From the NCBI GenBank assembly GCA_043821645.1, contig JBDRCO010000070.1:1-64000 (forward strand): a DNA stretch of 64,000 nt, in the 5' to 3' direction. The notes beneath the pieces were generated by a model. It was not told where the DNA came from. It searched no databases and was given only the letters and a program-made list of their open reading frames with translations. The number at the start of each line of letters is the position of its first letter. Position 1 is the stretch's first letter. Position numbers and translations under genes: made by a program. The DNA is from Pseudomonadota bacterium. Its GTDB lineage: Bacteria; Myxococcota; JACRCW01; JAFGSX01. Of the stretch, positions 48,011-60,792 are shown piece by piece.

Positions 48011-48949
48011 ATGACCCGACATCTCTGTTCCGACGCCGACCTCTCGGCGGCGGACTACCTTCGCGTGCTCGACCTGGCCCAGCAGGTCAAGCGCCACCCC
48101 GAGCTGTACCGCGATGCGCTGCGCGGGCGCTCCATCGCCGTGATCTTCAGCAAGCAGTCCACCCGCACCCGGGTCTCCTTCGAGGTGGGCATTCACCAGC
48201 TCGGTGCACAGCCCCTGGTGCTGACCGCCGGTGGTTCCACGGGCATGCAGATGGGGCGCGGCGAGAGCACCCACGACACGGCCAAGGTCATGTCGCGCTT
48301 CGTCGACGCCATCGTGATCCGTACCTTCGCCCAGCAGGAAGTCGACGACCTGGCCAGGTACGGCACGGTGCCCGTGGTCAATGCCCTGACCGACGCCTAC
48401 CACCCTTGCCAGGCCCTGGCCGACATGCAGACCCTGCGCGAGCGTTTCGGGGACACCCGCGGCCTCAAGCTGGTCTACGTGGGCGCGGGCAACAACGTGG
48501 CGCACTCGCTGATGCTGGCGGGGCCCCGCGCTGGCGTCGACGTGGTGGTGGCCAGTCCCGAGAGCGTGCCCCCGGACGCGCGCATCCTCAAGCGGGCCCA
48601 GGCCGACGCCAAGGCAGCCGGCACCCAGGTCAGCGTCGAGAAAGATCCCCTCAAGGCCGTCAAGAACGCCCACGCCGTGTACACCGACACCTGGGTGAGC
48701 ATGGGCCAGGACGCCGAGGCGGAGGCCCTGCGCAAGAAGCTTCAGCGCTACCAGGTCAACCCGGCGCTCATGGACAGGGCGCGACCCGACGCGATCTTCC
48801 TGCACTGCCTGCCCGCCCACCGCGGCGAGGAGGTGGTGGACGAGGTCATGGACGGCCGCTGGTCCGCGGTCTTTGACCAGGCTGAGAACAGGCTGCACGC
48901 TCAGAAGGCCCTGCTGCTGCTGCTGCTCGGCGCGGCGTCCTGGAGCTGA
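48011..48949 (+). CDS. argF: Ornithine carbamoyltransferase
   Basis: STRTRVSFE, HPCQ, NNVA, YTDTWVSMG (SMG loop), FLHCLP, QAENR. Confidence 0.96.
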   Translation: MTRHLCSDADLSAADYLRVLDLAQQVKRHPELYRDALRGRSIAVIFSKQSTRTRVSFEVGIHQLGAQPLVLTAGGSTGMQMGRGESTHDTAKVMSRFVDAIVIRTFAQQEVDDLARYGTVPVVNALTDAYHPCQALADMQTLRERFGDTRGLKLVYVGAGNNVAHSLMLAGPRAGVDVVVASPESVPPDARILKRAQADAKAAGTQVSVEKDPLKAVKNAHAVYTDTWVSMGQDAEAEALRKKLQRYQVNPALMDRARPDAIFLHCLPAHRGEEVVDEVMDGRWSAVFDQAENRLHAQKALLLLLLGAASWS

Positions 48950-48982
48950 GCGTGAACCTGCTCGCACGGCCACCTACCGGCA

Positions 48983-49681
48983 TCACTGCAGGGCGTCGAG
49001 CCTCCTGAACAACCACTCGTACAGACCGTATTGCAGCACCGAGCCTTGGATCAGGCGGCCACTGCGCACGATCATGTCCGGCGTCAGGACCGCGGACAGC
49101 AGGGCCAGCACCTGCACCAGCTCCGGGGGAATGAGCCAGTTACCATCCGTGGCCCCCGTCGCAGCGCCCAGCGTCGAGGCAAAGGCTTCGATCACGATCG
49201 TGACCAGGGTGATGGCGAGGACCATGTACTGGATGCCCAGGGAGAACTTGGTCAGGGGCAGGGGATGCAGCCCGAATCTGTCGAGCAGCAGAAACTTTGC
49301 CGACGAGGGCAGGAAGCCGAGCAGCGGGTACCAGGGAAGGACCAGCCAGCGCAGGCCCTGCGTGGCCCGGTAGTTCCGTATCATCGCATCCCTGGCCTCG
49401 ACGAAGCTCGCGTCGTACTCGTAGACTCGCCCGGGGAGCGCGATCTTGTCGTCGGCCGTCAGAGGTCTGAGCCAGTACAGGACCCCACCGTGCTGCGCCT
49501 CCACCGCGTCAATGGTGTAGTCGATGCCCTGGTAACGCACCCATGTCTTGCGGTAGGTCGTGGGCTGCCACTCCTGCATCTCATGGCGCGACAGGATCTG
49601 GAGACCGTCCGGTCGCAGGGTGACGACGTCAGATCCCACGCGAACGGGCTCGCTGCCCTGGTCCTCGCCCCGCTCGTTCAT
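48983..49681 (-). CDS. Hypothetical membrane protein
   Basis: Soluble N-terminal domain followed by about 3 hydrophobic segments; start moved to ATG 49681 (track extension overlaps the methyltransferase). Confidence 0.7.
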   Translation of the reverse strand: MNERGEDQGSEPVRVGSDVVTLRPDGLQILSRHEMQEWQPTTYRKTWVRYQGIDYTIDAVEAQHGGVLYWLRPLTADDKIALPGRVYEYDASFVEARDAMIRNYRATQGLRWLVLPWYPLLGFLPSSAKFLLLDRFGLHPLPLTKFSLGIQYMVLAITLVTIVIEAFASTLGAATGATDGNWLIPPELVQVLALLSAVLTPDMIVRSGRLIQGSVLQYGLYEWLFRRLDALQ

Positions 49682-49742
49682 CACCACCCCCGAGTGCCGC
49701 GATCCTGCGCCTGCAGCGCATCGAACCACCGGGTTTGCTGGT

Positions 49743-50642
49743 TCAGCGCGGCTGCGCCAGCACGAGCATGGAGAAGCCACCCAGCACTCGGGCCGCGACA
49801 TCCTCATCGACCGCTGCGAGCAGCCGACGCGGCCAGCGTAGCCAGCGCGCCAGACCGACCTGGTAGTGCGGCAGCTCGATGGATCCCCGGGTGTAGCGCC
49901 AGTCCACGACCTGCAGGCCCACGTCCTCGAGCAGGGCCAGTAGAGTCTCCCGGGTGAAGGCGTGCAGGTGTCCGACCCGGCGTCGCTGATCCACGAGGGG
50001 CGAGGCGCGAAGTACCGTCTGCACCGAAAGGTCCAATGGCACGTGCAGCACCAGGTGCCGGGCACGCTTCCGGTGCTGGCGCAGGAAACCGAAGACGTCC
50101 TCGACATGCTCGATGACGTCGATGAACAGGAGCAGGTCCGAGAGCCCGGCATCCGCTGTCAGCTCTCCCTCGACCACGCGCAGGCGCTCGCCCTCGCAAT
50201 GTCTGGCCAGGGCGATGGCATCCGTCGAGATCTCATAGCCCGTGAAGAGGGTCTCCGGGGCCAGCTGGGCCTGCAGCGCGCGCAAGACCTGCCCCGATCC
50301 GCAACCGACCTCGACGACATGTGCAGGCGCGAGGTCATGCTTTGTCAGCAAAGCCGCGATCTGTGCCGCCTTCCAATCTGCATCCTCCGCGTGCCAGGTC
50401 GGATTGTGTTTCAGGTAGGTGCCATCGAGGTAGGAGCGTTCGGCTGGACGGGGACTGTCAAGGGGCGCCGTGGTGCTGCCCTCCCGGCTCCGATCGGGCG
50501 GGAAGGGGGACCGTGACGATTTCCTGGCGTTGGGCGACTGCGGTGCGGGCACCCGATCCGCGCGAGGTACGGGCACCACATGCCCCTTTTCCCGTCTCAG
50601 GCTACGGCTCCGGCGGGAGCTGTCGCTGCGTCGCTTGCCCAC
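49743..50642 (-). CDS. Class I SAM-dependent methyltransferase; true start probably downstream of 50642
   Basis: YLKHNPTWH, VEVGCGSG, GYEIS, DVIEHVED, HVPLD, GHLHAF; the first ~65 aa are low-complexity. Confidence 0.85.
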   Translation of the reverse strand: MGKRRSDSSRRSRSLRREKGHVVPVPRADRVPAPQSPNARKSSRSPFPPDRSREGSTTAPLDSPRPAERSYLDGTYLKHNPTWHAEDADWKAAQIAALLTKHDLAPAHVVEVGCGSGQVLRALQAQLAPETLFTGYEISTDAIALARHCEGERLRVVEGELTADAGLSDLLLFIDVIEHVEDVFGFLRQHRKRARHLVLHVPLDLSVQTVLRASPLVDQRRRVGHLHAFTRETLLALLEDVGLQVVDWRYTRGSIELPHYQVGLARWLRWPRRLLAAVDEDVAARVLGGFSMLVLAQPR

Positions 50643-50719
50643 AATCTCCCCCGTCCAAGGCAGATGGTTCCGGCCTGCGCTTCCGCGGTCTCTCGCCGGC
50701 CTCGTCCTTTCGGCGCCGG

Positions 50720-51274
50720 CTAGTTCTTTTCATCGGCGATGCGGGTCCCCTCGAAGGTGACCTTCTCTCGCCGCTCATCCTCACTCGTGGGCTCGTCGTT
50801 GACCTGGAGGATGGTCTTGAGTTCGGCATCGATGTAGATGCGCACCTTGTCGTCGCCCGACTTCTCGACCTCGAAGATCTTGATGGTCTGGTACTCGAAG
50901 AGCTTCTCGTGCAGGTCGCCGCCGGTGGCGAAGGTCGTCTTGTCGTGCACGGCATCGCACTCGACAGCATTCTCGAGGACCAGCTTGCTGCTGAAGACCT
51001 TGAGACTCACCGGGCAGCGTGCGCCGCTGACCACGGCGTCGCTCTGCACCCCGAGTTCTACCGTGTAGGTGGTCACCGCATCGGTGCGACTCTCGTAGTC
51101 CTGGGCAAGGGTCTGCCCGCCCGAGAAGGTGCGCTCGGTGCCATCGACGTCGACCACCTCGACGCCACGGTAGGTCCCTTCCAGGCCCAGCGCATTGCCC
51201 TGGGGGAAGCAGGCGTCACTCGCCAGCAGAACCACCGCCGCAGCCACGAATGCACCAGGTCGTGTTCTTGTCAT
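50720..51274 (-). CDS. Hypothetical exported/lipoprotein, beta-rich
   Basis: AGGAG RBS before ATG 51274; hydrophobic N-terminus ending LLASDAC; LEGTYRG. Confidence 0.7.
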   Translation of the reverse strand: MTRTRPGAFVAAAVVLLASDACFPQGNALGLEGTYRGVEVVDVDGTERTFSGGQTLAQDYESRTDAVTTYTVELGVQSDAVVSGARCPVSLKVFSSKLVLENAVECDAVHDKTTFATGGDLHEKLFEYQTIKIFEVEKSGDDKVRIYIDAELKTILQVNDEPTSEDERREKVTFEGTRIADEKN

Positions 51275-51386
51275 GTCGAACTCCTGCACCGGAACCGCCT
51301 GCGGCGGCGGCTTGAAGGACCTGCGAATCAGATCCGCACCCAGACTGCTCCATAGAAAACCTGCTGCACTTGTTCAAGGACTGCGT

Positions 51387-52367
51387 TCACAGCAGCGCTC
51401 GCGCCAGCTTATCCATCAGCCGCTTGAGTTCGCCATCACGGGGGTGCTTGACCACCGCTCTGCGCACCTGCGTCAGGGCCTCCTGCTGGTGCACCTTGCA
51501 GGTCAGGGCATAGCGCCCCAGATCGGCCACCGCGTCACGGCTGCGCAAGCGATGGGCGCGCGTCTCGAGGTACAACCAGCCGAGCTCGGTCCTGTCCATG
51601 CGATGCAGCGAGCGCGCGTACCACCAGGCTGCGTCCTTGCCGTGCGGCGTGCTCCCGAAGCGCGCATCGAGTTCCCTGAAGTACTGGCGAGCCTGGCGCG
51701 GGTCGCGCTTCACCAGCGCCAGGTAGCGCCCCATGACGAACAGAGAGCGGTCGGTCACGCCATTACGATTCTCGGGATCGCGTGCCAGAACTTCCTCGAG
51801 CAAGGGGAAGCCCCGCCGAGGCTGGTTGTGGTCAAGCTCGGCCTTGCCCACGCAGAACAGGGCCCGGACATTGCCCCGATCGCGCTCGAGCCTGTGCTGG
51901 CAGTCCGTGAGGGGAGAGCGGCCGTCGAGGAGGGGCGTGAGTTCGCGCTCGTACGCGCGCACGCCGTCGAAAGTCTCGATGCGTCCTATCTCGCTGCCGT
52001 CGGGGCGCAGCACCAGGGTGGTGGGCCAGTCGATCACAGCATAGCGCTGCAGGGTGTCCTGGCTGCCGCCGTCCTCCACCTGCAGCCGCACGGCCAGAGC
52101 GCGATCCGAGAGCAAGGATCCGCGAGCCGTGGACAGGACCTCGCGGTCGAGGCGCTGACAGGATTCGCACTCTGCAGCCAGGACCACCACCAGCACGGCC
52201 TGGTGTTCCTGGCGCGCCCGAGCGAGCACCTTGTCGATGGGGAGTTCTTGAAAAAGCGTGCCGAGGGTCACCAGGGGTGGTGGCGGCTGCCACGCAGGTT
52301 CCTCGGCTTGAACGCGCGTCGGAACCGAAGCCGCCAGGGAGAACAGAACAGCCCGCACGATGGGCAC
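51387..52367 (-). CDS. Exported thioredoxin-fold + TPR protein
   Basis: Signal-like VRAVLFSLAA...VQA; CxxC (ECESC); cis-Pro motif WPTTLVL; TPR-like helices. Start uncertain (GTG 52367). Confidence 0.75.
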   Translation of the reverse strand: MPIVRAVLFSLAASVPTRVQAEEPAWQPPPPLVTLGTLFQELPIDKVLARARQEHQAVLVVVLAAECESCQRLDREVLSTARGSLLSDRALAVRLQVEDGGSQDTLQRYAVIDWPTTLVLRPDGSEIGRIETFDGVRAYERELTPLLDGRSPLTDCQHRLERDRGNVRALFCVGKAELDHNQPRRGFPLLEEVLARDPENRNGVTDRSLFVMGRYLALVKRDPRQARQYFRELDARFGSTPHGKDAAWWYARSLHRMDRTELGWLYLETRAHRLRSRDAVADLGRYALTCKVHQQEALTQVRRAVVKHPRDGELKRLMDKLARALL

Positions 52368-52410
52368 GGAAGGGGACCGTGGCGCGCGTCCCCCTGCCAC
52401 CGACACGCAG

Positions 52411-52704
52411 CTACTTGCAGGCATCGGCCTGGACCTCGCGGCAGGCGGGTCCGAATTCCGAACATCCGGTGGTGGCGTCGCAGTACGCTGCCGTGAACTC
52501 GGTGCCGCTGGCGCAGGCGCAACAGTAGGCCTTGCACTCCGCCGCCTTGGTGCAGGAGCGACCGAAATCAAGGCCGTCCCGGGTCTCGCACACGCCCACG
52601 GTGTACGAGGCCCAGCCATTGTCGGTCTTCTTGTCGACGGTCTCGGGCTCACAGGCGCTCAGACCGAGCAGGGCGAGGGCGAGGGCAAGAACGACGCTCT
52701 TCAT
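52411..52704 (-). CDS. Small Cys-rich lipoprotein
   Basis: Lipobox LLGLSAC, GGGGA RBS, many Cys in 97 aa. Confidence 0.75.
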   Translation of the reverse strand: MKSVVLALALALLGLSACEPETVDKKTDNGWASYTVGVCETRDGLDFGRSCTKAAECKAYCCACASGTEFTAAYCDATTGCSEFGPACREVQADACK

Positions 52705-52815
52705 GGATTCCCCCGTCGACCTGCGCGGCGTGCAAGCCCAGGTCTTGCTGCCGGGCGTGTGGGCGTCGGACCTGTGTCCGGCGCGCCTCGGGCAGTGCGA
52801 CCGCCCGAGGAGAGG

Positions 52816-54306
52816 TCAGCCCTTGACCACGTCGAGGACCTGCGAAGCCATCTGCAACATCGCCGAGGGCAACATGCCGGTGAGCAAGATCAGCAGGGCC
52901 GCGAGGGCCAGACCGACCGCCAGGAAAGCGCCGCCGCGCCCGTCGAGCTTGGGATGCGGCTCTTTCATGTACATGAAGACCAGCACCCGCAGATAGTAAT
53001 AGACGCTCACCAGGCTGTTGAGGATGCCGATGAAGGCGAGCCAGTACAGCTTGGCGTCGACCACGTTGTAGAACAGGTTGAACTTCGCCAAAAACCCCGC
53101 CGTGGGAGGGATCCCCGCGAGCGAGAACATGAAGACGGTCATGGCCAGACCGATCAAGGGGTAGCGGCGTGCCGCCCCGGACCACTCGTCAAAGGTCGCG
53201 CCCTTGCCATCTTCGCGTTCGAGGAAAGCCACCACGCCGAAGGAGCCCACGGTCATCAGGGCATAGGCCATCAGGTAAAAGCCCACCGCGCCCAGCGCCT
53301 CCTGGTGTCCCGCCACCGCCGCCACCACACCCGCCAGTGCATAGCCGGCATGCGCGATGGACGAGTAGGCAAGCAGGCGCTTGATGCGCTTCTGCGCCAG
53401 GGCGGCCAGGTTGCCCACGCTCATGGTGGCCACGGCCACGATCCAGCCCAGGGTGATCCAGCTCTCGCTGCCCGCCCCCGCGCCAGGTCCAAGACCCGCG
53501 ATGACGACCCGGATCAGGGCCGCGAAGGCTGCAGCCTTGACCCCGGCTGCCATGAAGGCCGTGGCCGGAGCCGGCGCACCGTCGTAAACGTCTGGCGTCC
53601 ACATGTGCAGCGGCACGGCCGCGATCTTGAAGCCGAGGCCGAGCACCACCATGGCGAAGCCAGCGACCACCAGCGGCTGGTTGGCGACGGCGCCGCCCCG
53701 CAGCATGGGGCCAATGGCCTGGATGCTGGTCACACCGCTGGCGCCGTACAGCAGCGCCATGCCGAACAGCAGGATCGCTGCCGCAAAGGCACCGTTGAGG
53801 AAGTACTTGAGCGCAGCCTCGGGGCTGCGGCTGTTGTCGCGATCCAGTCCCGTGAGCACGTACACGCCCACCGACATGGTCTCGAGAGCGACGAACAGGA
53901 ACAGGAAGTCTGCGGCCTGGGCCAGGGCCACCATGCCCGCGGAGGCGAAGGCGATGATGGCGTAGTACTCGCCGCGCTCGATGTCGCGGGCGCGCAGCCA
54001 GGCCACCGCGACCATCACCGCCAGTGCGGCGCCGACACAGATGACCGCGCCGAAGAACAGTCCAAAGCGATCCACCCTCAGCGCACCGTGAAACACGCTG
54101 TGCGGCGCGCCGGTGCCAGAGAACTGCACCAGCATCCATGCCCCGGCGGCGAGCAAGCCGAGCACGGTCAGGATGGCGATGTGACCCCGCGGCGTCGTCT
54201 TGCGCGCGCCCACCGGGACCCCGGCAACCTCAAGCATCAGTGCCAGACAGCCGGTCAGGGTCAAGATCACCAGAGGCCCGATGGCCGTGACTTCCTGGAC
54301 GCTCAT
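52816..54306 (-). CDS. nuoN: NADH-quinone oxidoreductase subunit N
   Basis: GEYY, LETMS, EAALKYF, FKIAAVPLHMWTPDVYDGAP, KRLLAYSSIAHAGY, LAGIPPTAGF. Confidence 0.96.
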   Translation of the reverse strand: MSVQEVTAIGPLVILTLTGCLALMLEVAGVPVGARKTTPRGHIAILTVLGLLAAGAWMLVQFSGTGAPHSVFHGALRVDRFGLFFGAVICVGAALAVMVAVAWLRARDIERGEYYAIIAFASAGMVALAQAADFLFLFVALETMSVGVYVLTGLDRDNSRSPEAALKYFLNGAFAAAILLFGMALLYGASGVTSIQAIGPMLRGGAVANQPLVVAGFAMVVLGLGFKIAAVPLHMWTPDVYDGAPAPATAFMAAGVKAAAFAALIRVVIAGLGPGAGAGSESWITLGWIVAVATMSVGNLAALAQKRIKRLLAYSSIAHAGYALAGVVAAVAGHQEALGAVGFYLMAYALMTVGSFGVVAFLEREDGKGATFDEWSGAARRYPLIGLAMTVFMFSLAGIPPTAGFLAKFNLFYNVVDAKLYWLAFIGILNSLVSVYYYLRVLVFMYMKEPHPKLDGRGGAFLAVGLALAALLILLTGMLPSAMLQMASQVLDVVKG

Positions 54307-56189
54307 GGCTGCACCCCCTTGACGGGAGGAGACTTGAGTTTGTTCTTGGTACGCAGCGCAGCCTCCGGCGGTGTGGCCCCAGGGCCGGTGCGCACAGCCT
54401 GTGGTCGCTGATCCCGGGCGGTGGCCTGAACGCCAGCCGTCGTCGGATCGAGATGCGCGCGCTCGGCCTGCTCCCGCGGCGCGGGCAGAGGCTTCCCGCG
54501 GGCCTCGTCGAGGGTACGCGGAATCGTCCCGAAGGGACGCAGCGGCTTGATCACCGGCATGTCTCCCTTGCGACGGCCCGGATCGACCGGCCTGGCAGCC
54601 CCGGCCACAGCCGCGGGAGCCTGGTGCTGGGCGTCAGCCCGGTGCATGTGGGAGCGCAGTTGCACATCGGCCACGGCAGCCTGCACCGAAGGCTCGATGC
54701 GCTGCAGGAACCAGCCCGGCACCACACCCATGACCACGGCGAGCACGACCAGCGGTGCGAACACCACGCCCTCGCGCAGGGTCATGTCCTTGAGGTCCTG
54801 GTTGAGCGGGTTGCTCAGGGGACCGAAGAACACGCGCCGGAACATCCACAGCAGATAGACCGCAGCCAGGATTACGCCCGAGGCACCGATGAGCGCGAGC
54901 CAGCGGCCCGAACCGGGACCGAGGGTGGTGACGTCGAAGGTCGTCGATCCAAAGGTGCCGATGAGGATGAGGAACTCACCCACGAAGCCATTGAGGCCGG
55001 GCAGACCGATGGACGACAGAGAGATCAGCAGGAACACCGTCGCGATGATGGGGATCACGCGCGCCACGCCGCCGAACTCCGAGATCAGGCGGGTATGACG
55101 GCGCTCGTACAGCACGCCGACCAGGAGGAACAGCGCGCCCGTCGAGATGCCGTGGTTGAGCATCTGGTACACGGCGCCGGTGATGGCCTTGGTCTCGAGG
55201 GCGGCGATACCCAGCATGACGAAGCCAAGGTGACTGATGGACGTGTACGCCACCAGGGCCTTGATGTCCTTCTGCACCATGGCGACGAGAGCGCCATAGA
55301 TGATGCCGATGAGCGCCAGGATGGCGATGGGCGGGATGAACCAGTAGCTGGCCTCGGGGAAGATCGGGATGGCGAAGCGCAGGAACCCATAGGTCCCCAT
55401 CTTGAGCAGCACACCAGCCAGGATCACGGAGCCCGCGGTCGGGGCTTGCACATGGGCCAGCGGCAACCAGGTGTGGAAGGGGAACATCGGGACCTTGATG
55501 GCGAAGCTCAGCGCGAAGGCCGCAAACAGGAGCAACTCGGTGCCGATGGGATACGGCGCACGCTGCACGGCCTCGATGAGCACGGGCAGGTCGAAGGTGC
55601 GCTCACCCACGACGGGAGCCGTGCTGTAGATGTAGAGCAGCGCGAACAGCATCATCAAGGAGCCGACCATGGTGTAGACGAAGAACTTGAGCGCGGCGTA
55701 GACCCGGTCCTGGTAGCCCCAGATGCCGATGAGGAAGTACATCGGGATGAGCATGATCTCCCAGAACAGGTAGAACAGCAGCAGGTCGAGGGACACCAGG
55801 GCGCCTAGCATGCCGGTCTCGAGCAGCAGCATGCAGATGACGAATTCCTTGACGCGATGCTGGATGCTGTTCATGGAGCCAAGCAGGGCAATGGGCGTGA
55901 GCAGCGTCGAGAGCAGCAGCAGGAACACGCTGATGCCGTCGACACCGATGTGGTAGCCCGCGCCGATGCTGGGGATCCAGCGGTGCCGCTCGACCAGCTG
56001 CATGCTGCCCTGGCTGCCGTCGAACCAGTACAGGATCGCCAGCGACAGCACGAACACCAGGGTGCTCCAGCCTATGGCGAAGCTCTTGAGCGATCCACGC
56101 TCGGCGCGCGGGAACAGCAGCAAAAAGAGCGCGCCGATGAGGGGCGTGAAGACCACCAGGCTCAGGATGTTGTTCTGCAAGAAGGTCAT
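54303..56189 (-). CDS. nuoM: NADH-quinone oxidoreductase subunit M with long C-terminal extension
   Basis: GVDGIS, FWEIMLIPMY, KVPMFPFHTWLP, LLKMGTYG, GLPGLNGFVGE. Start at ATG 56189 after GGAGG. Confidence 0.96.
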   Translation of the reverse strand: MTFLQNNILSLVVFTPLIGALFLLLFPRAERGSLKSFAIGWSTLVFVLSLAILYWFDGSQGSMQLVERHRWIPSIGAGYHIGVDGISVFLLLLSTLLTPIALLGSMNSIQHRVKEFVICMLLLETGMLGALVSLDLLLFYLFWEIMLIPMYFLIGIWGYQDRVYAALKFFVYTMVGSLMMLFALLYIYSTAPVVGERTFDLPVLIEAVQRAPYPIGTELLLFAAFALSFAIKVPMFPFHTWLPLAHVQAPTAGSVILAGVLLKMGTYGFLRFAIPIFPEASYWFIPPIAILALIGIIYGALVAMVQKDIKALVAYTSISHLGFVMLGIAALETKAITGAVYQMLNHGISTGALFLLVGVLYERRHTRLISEFGGVARVIPIIATVFLLISLSSIGLPGLNGFVGEFLILIGTFGSTTFDVTTLGPGSGRWLALIGASGVILAAVYLLWMFRRVFFGPLSNPLNQDLKDMTLREGVVFAPLVVLAVVMGVVPGWFLQRIEPSVQAAVADVQLRSHMHRADAQHQAPAAVAGAARPVDPGRRKGDMPVIKPLRPFGTIPRTLDEARGKPLPAPREQAERAHLDPTTAGVQATARDQRPQAVRTGPGATPPEAALRTKNKLKSPPVKGVQP

Positions 56190-56221
56190 CGTCAGCCTCC
56201 CGGTGTTGCCGGGGTAAAGAA

Positions 56222-58288
<2,067 letters not shown>

Positions 58289-58408
58289 CGCGAAGTCCTC
58301 GTTGCTGCCGCAAGGAACCGTTGAACATCCTGTCGACGGGAACACCGAACTCCGGCGACCGTCGCTCGACCGCGCCCCCCGGCTGCCGGGGAACGCGGAT
58401 CCGGGGCC

Positions 58409-58717
58409 CTAGCCCCTGAGCTCGCGCAATTCGTCCAGGTTGACACTGGCGCGGCGCCGGAACACCGCGACGATGATGGCCAGGCCCACCGCAGCCTCGG
58501 CGGCGGCCACGGCCATCACGAAGAAGGCCACCACGTGTCCGCGCAGATCCCCGTGGACTCGCGCAAAGGCCAGGAAGGCCAGGTTGGCGGCGTTGAGCAT
58601 GAGCTCGACCGACATGAAGGCCACGATGGCATTGCGCCGGGTCAGCACGCCGGCGGCGCCAATGCAGAACAGCACCGTGGCCAGCACCAGGTAGTTGCCG
58701 AGGGGTGTGGGATCCAT
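58409..58717 (-). CDS. nuoK: NADH-quinone oxidoreductase subunit K
   Basis: [19 protein letters not shown], terminal LRG. Confidence 0.96.
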   Translation of the reverse strand: MDPTPLGNYLVLATVLFCIGAAGVLTRRNAIVAFMSVELMLNAANLAFLAFARVHGDLRGHVVAFFVMAVAAAEAAVGLAIIVAVFRRRASVNLDELRELRG

Positions 58718-58836
58718 TCAGAACCTCTCTCTCGTCGACCTTCGTCCCCGGGGCGGGTCGCCGGGGTGAGACCAGTCGAGACGTCACCGGGGAAGGGGCG
58801 CGACCGCCAGGGGCCGGGCCCGCAGCCCCGTCGATG

Positions 58837-59325
<489 letters not shown>

Positions 59326-59355
59326 GGGTCCCTCTCGATCATTGAATGCGTGGCG

Positions 59356-59382
59356 CTTGTACCACAGGGCGTCGACGGTCAA
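59356..59382 (-). promoter_or_regulatory. Weak sigma70-like promoter candidate upstream of nuoJ
   Basis: TTGACC, 15-nt spacer, TACAAG preceded by TG (extended -10); spacing is non-optimal. Confidence 0.25.
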
Positions 59383-59445
59383 AACACTTTTCGCCGCGAT
59401 GCGGCATGGGCTGGTGACGACGGGAGCGCGCGCTCCTGGTAGCCG

Positions 59446-60792
59446 CTACTGGCAGTAGCCGAGGCTGTCGCAGCCCGGGGGGATCCGGCAGGTCTCGCCC
59501 GCGTCCTCGCTGCAGCCACCGTCGGCGTTGCAGGGCCTGGCGCAGGCCTCCGAGATCACGCTGCCGTTGGTCGTGTCGAGCACCACGGCGCAGGTCAGCC
59601 CTGCCGTGCAGCCCGCGGACGCGCAGGCCTGACCCAGCGACGCGGTTCCCGCAAAGTCACAAAACGGCGTGTCGACGCAGGCGGACACGTCCATGGGATA
59701 GTAGCAGCTGACAAACTGCGGTGCCTGCGGGGGGGGGCACGGGCACGCCGGGTTGCACAAGCCCCACCCGCCAGAGGCCGTCGTGCAGGATCCCCCGTCC
59801 ACGCAATCGTAATTGGTGCGGCACAGCCGCATGCACAGAGTAGGGCCGCCTGTGTACGAGGTGCAGGCGTGCCCGGGTTGGCAGGGGTTGATGGTCGCCG
59901 ACTGGGTGCAGGAGCTAAACGCGAGCAACGGCGCGCCGGATTGCTGCAGGCAGACACCCTCGGCCAGGGAGGGGTTGGTATACATGCAGGCGCGATCGAC
60001 ACCGCAATCGTCGGGTGTGACTCCCAGGCGGCAGGCCAGACAGCTTCGCGAGGTGGGATCGCAGTACTTTCTCTGTGCCAGGCAATCCTGGCAGGTGGCC
60101 CCGCAGCAGTTCTGCGCGGTACCCGTGATGCATCCTCCATTGAAACACAGGCGATTGGTGGACGCGCAGTTGTTGTCACATACGCCGCAGTGCTGCGGTG
60201 AGGTCCGCGAGTCGAAGCACTGTCCGCCACAGCAGATCTGCTGGGCCGCGCTGTCGCAGCCCGCCCCGCTGACCGTGTCGCACTGCCCGATGTTGACACA
60301 GACGCCCTGCACGCAGTGCTGGGCTGGCTCGCAGCGGTGGCCACAGGTTCCGCAGTTGTCTCTGTCACCGGCGAGGTCCACACAGACCACGTTGTTCTGA
60401 ACCGGCACGTGGTCCGCGTCGTAGAACGGGCAGCAGGACTCGCCCTCGCCACATCCGCCGCAGCAGGTCTGTTCGAAGGTGGTCACCTCGGAGACAGCGA
60501 CGCAGTAGGCCCCGCACTTGAACTCGCTGTCCAAGCAGGCCTTACTCTTGGGCTTGCAGTACCCGTCGCTGGCGCAGCGGAAGCCATCGGGGCAGTCCTT
60601 GACGCAGACCCGGTCGCGGCAGGTCCACTTCTTGGACCCCATGATCACGTCGCAGTCGTCGTCCAGCACGCAGGCCACGGCATGCTTTCCGCTAAGCACG
60701 CCGCAGTCATAGTACTTCTGCTCGTCGAACTGCACAGGGCACGAGCCAAGCACCCCGATGCAGAGCGCGGCACCCAGGATCTTGCGGATCAT
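59446..60792 (-). CDS. Very Cys-rich lipoprotein (myxobacterial Cys-rich repeats)
   Basis: Lipobox GVLGSC; CVDLAGDRDNCGTCGHRC and CFDSRTSPQHCGVCDNNC repeats; dozens of Cys. Confidence 0.85.
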   Translation of the reverse strand: MIRKILGAALCIGVLGSCPVQFDEQKYYDCGVLSGKHAVACVLDDDCDVIMGSKKWTCRDRVCVKDCPDGFRCASDGYCKPKSKACLDSEFKCGAYCVAVSEVTTFEQTCCGGCGEGESCCPFYDADHVPVQNNVVCVDLAGDRDNCGTCGHRCEPAQHCVQGVCVNIGQCDTVSGAGCDSAAQQICCGGQCFDSRTSPQHCGVCDNNCASTNRLCFNGGCITGTAQNCCGATCQDCLAQRKYCDPTSRSCLACRLGVTPDDCGVDRACMYTNPSLAEGVCLQQSGAPLLAFSSCTQSATINPCQPGHACTSYTGGPTLCMRLCRTNYDCVDGGSCTTASGGWGLCNPACPCPPPQAPQFVSCYYPMDVSACVDTPFCDFAGTASLGQACASAGCTAGLTCAVVLDTTNGSVISEACARPCNADGGCSEDAGETCRIPPGCDSLGYCQ

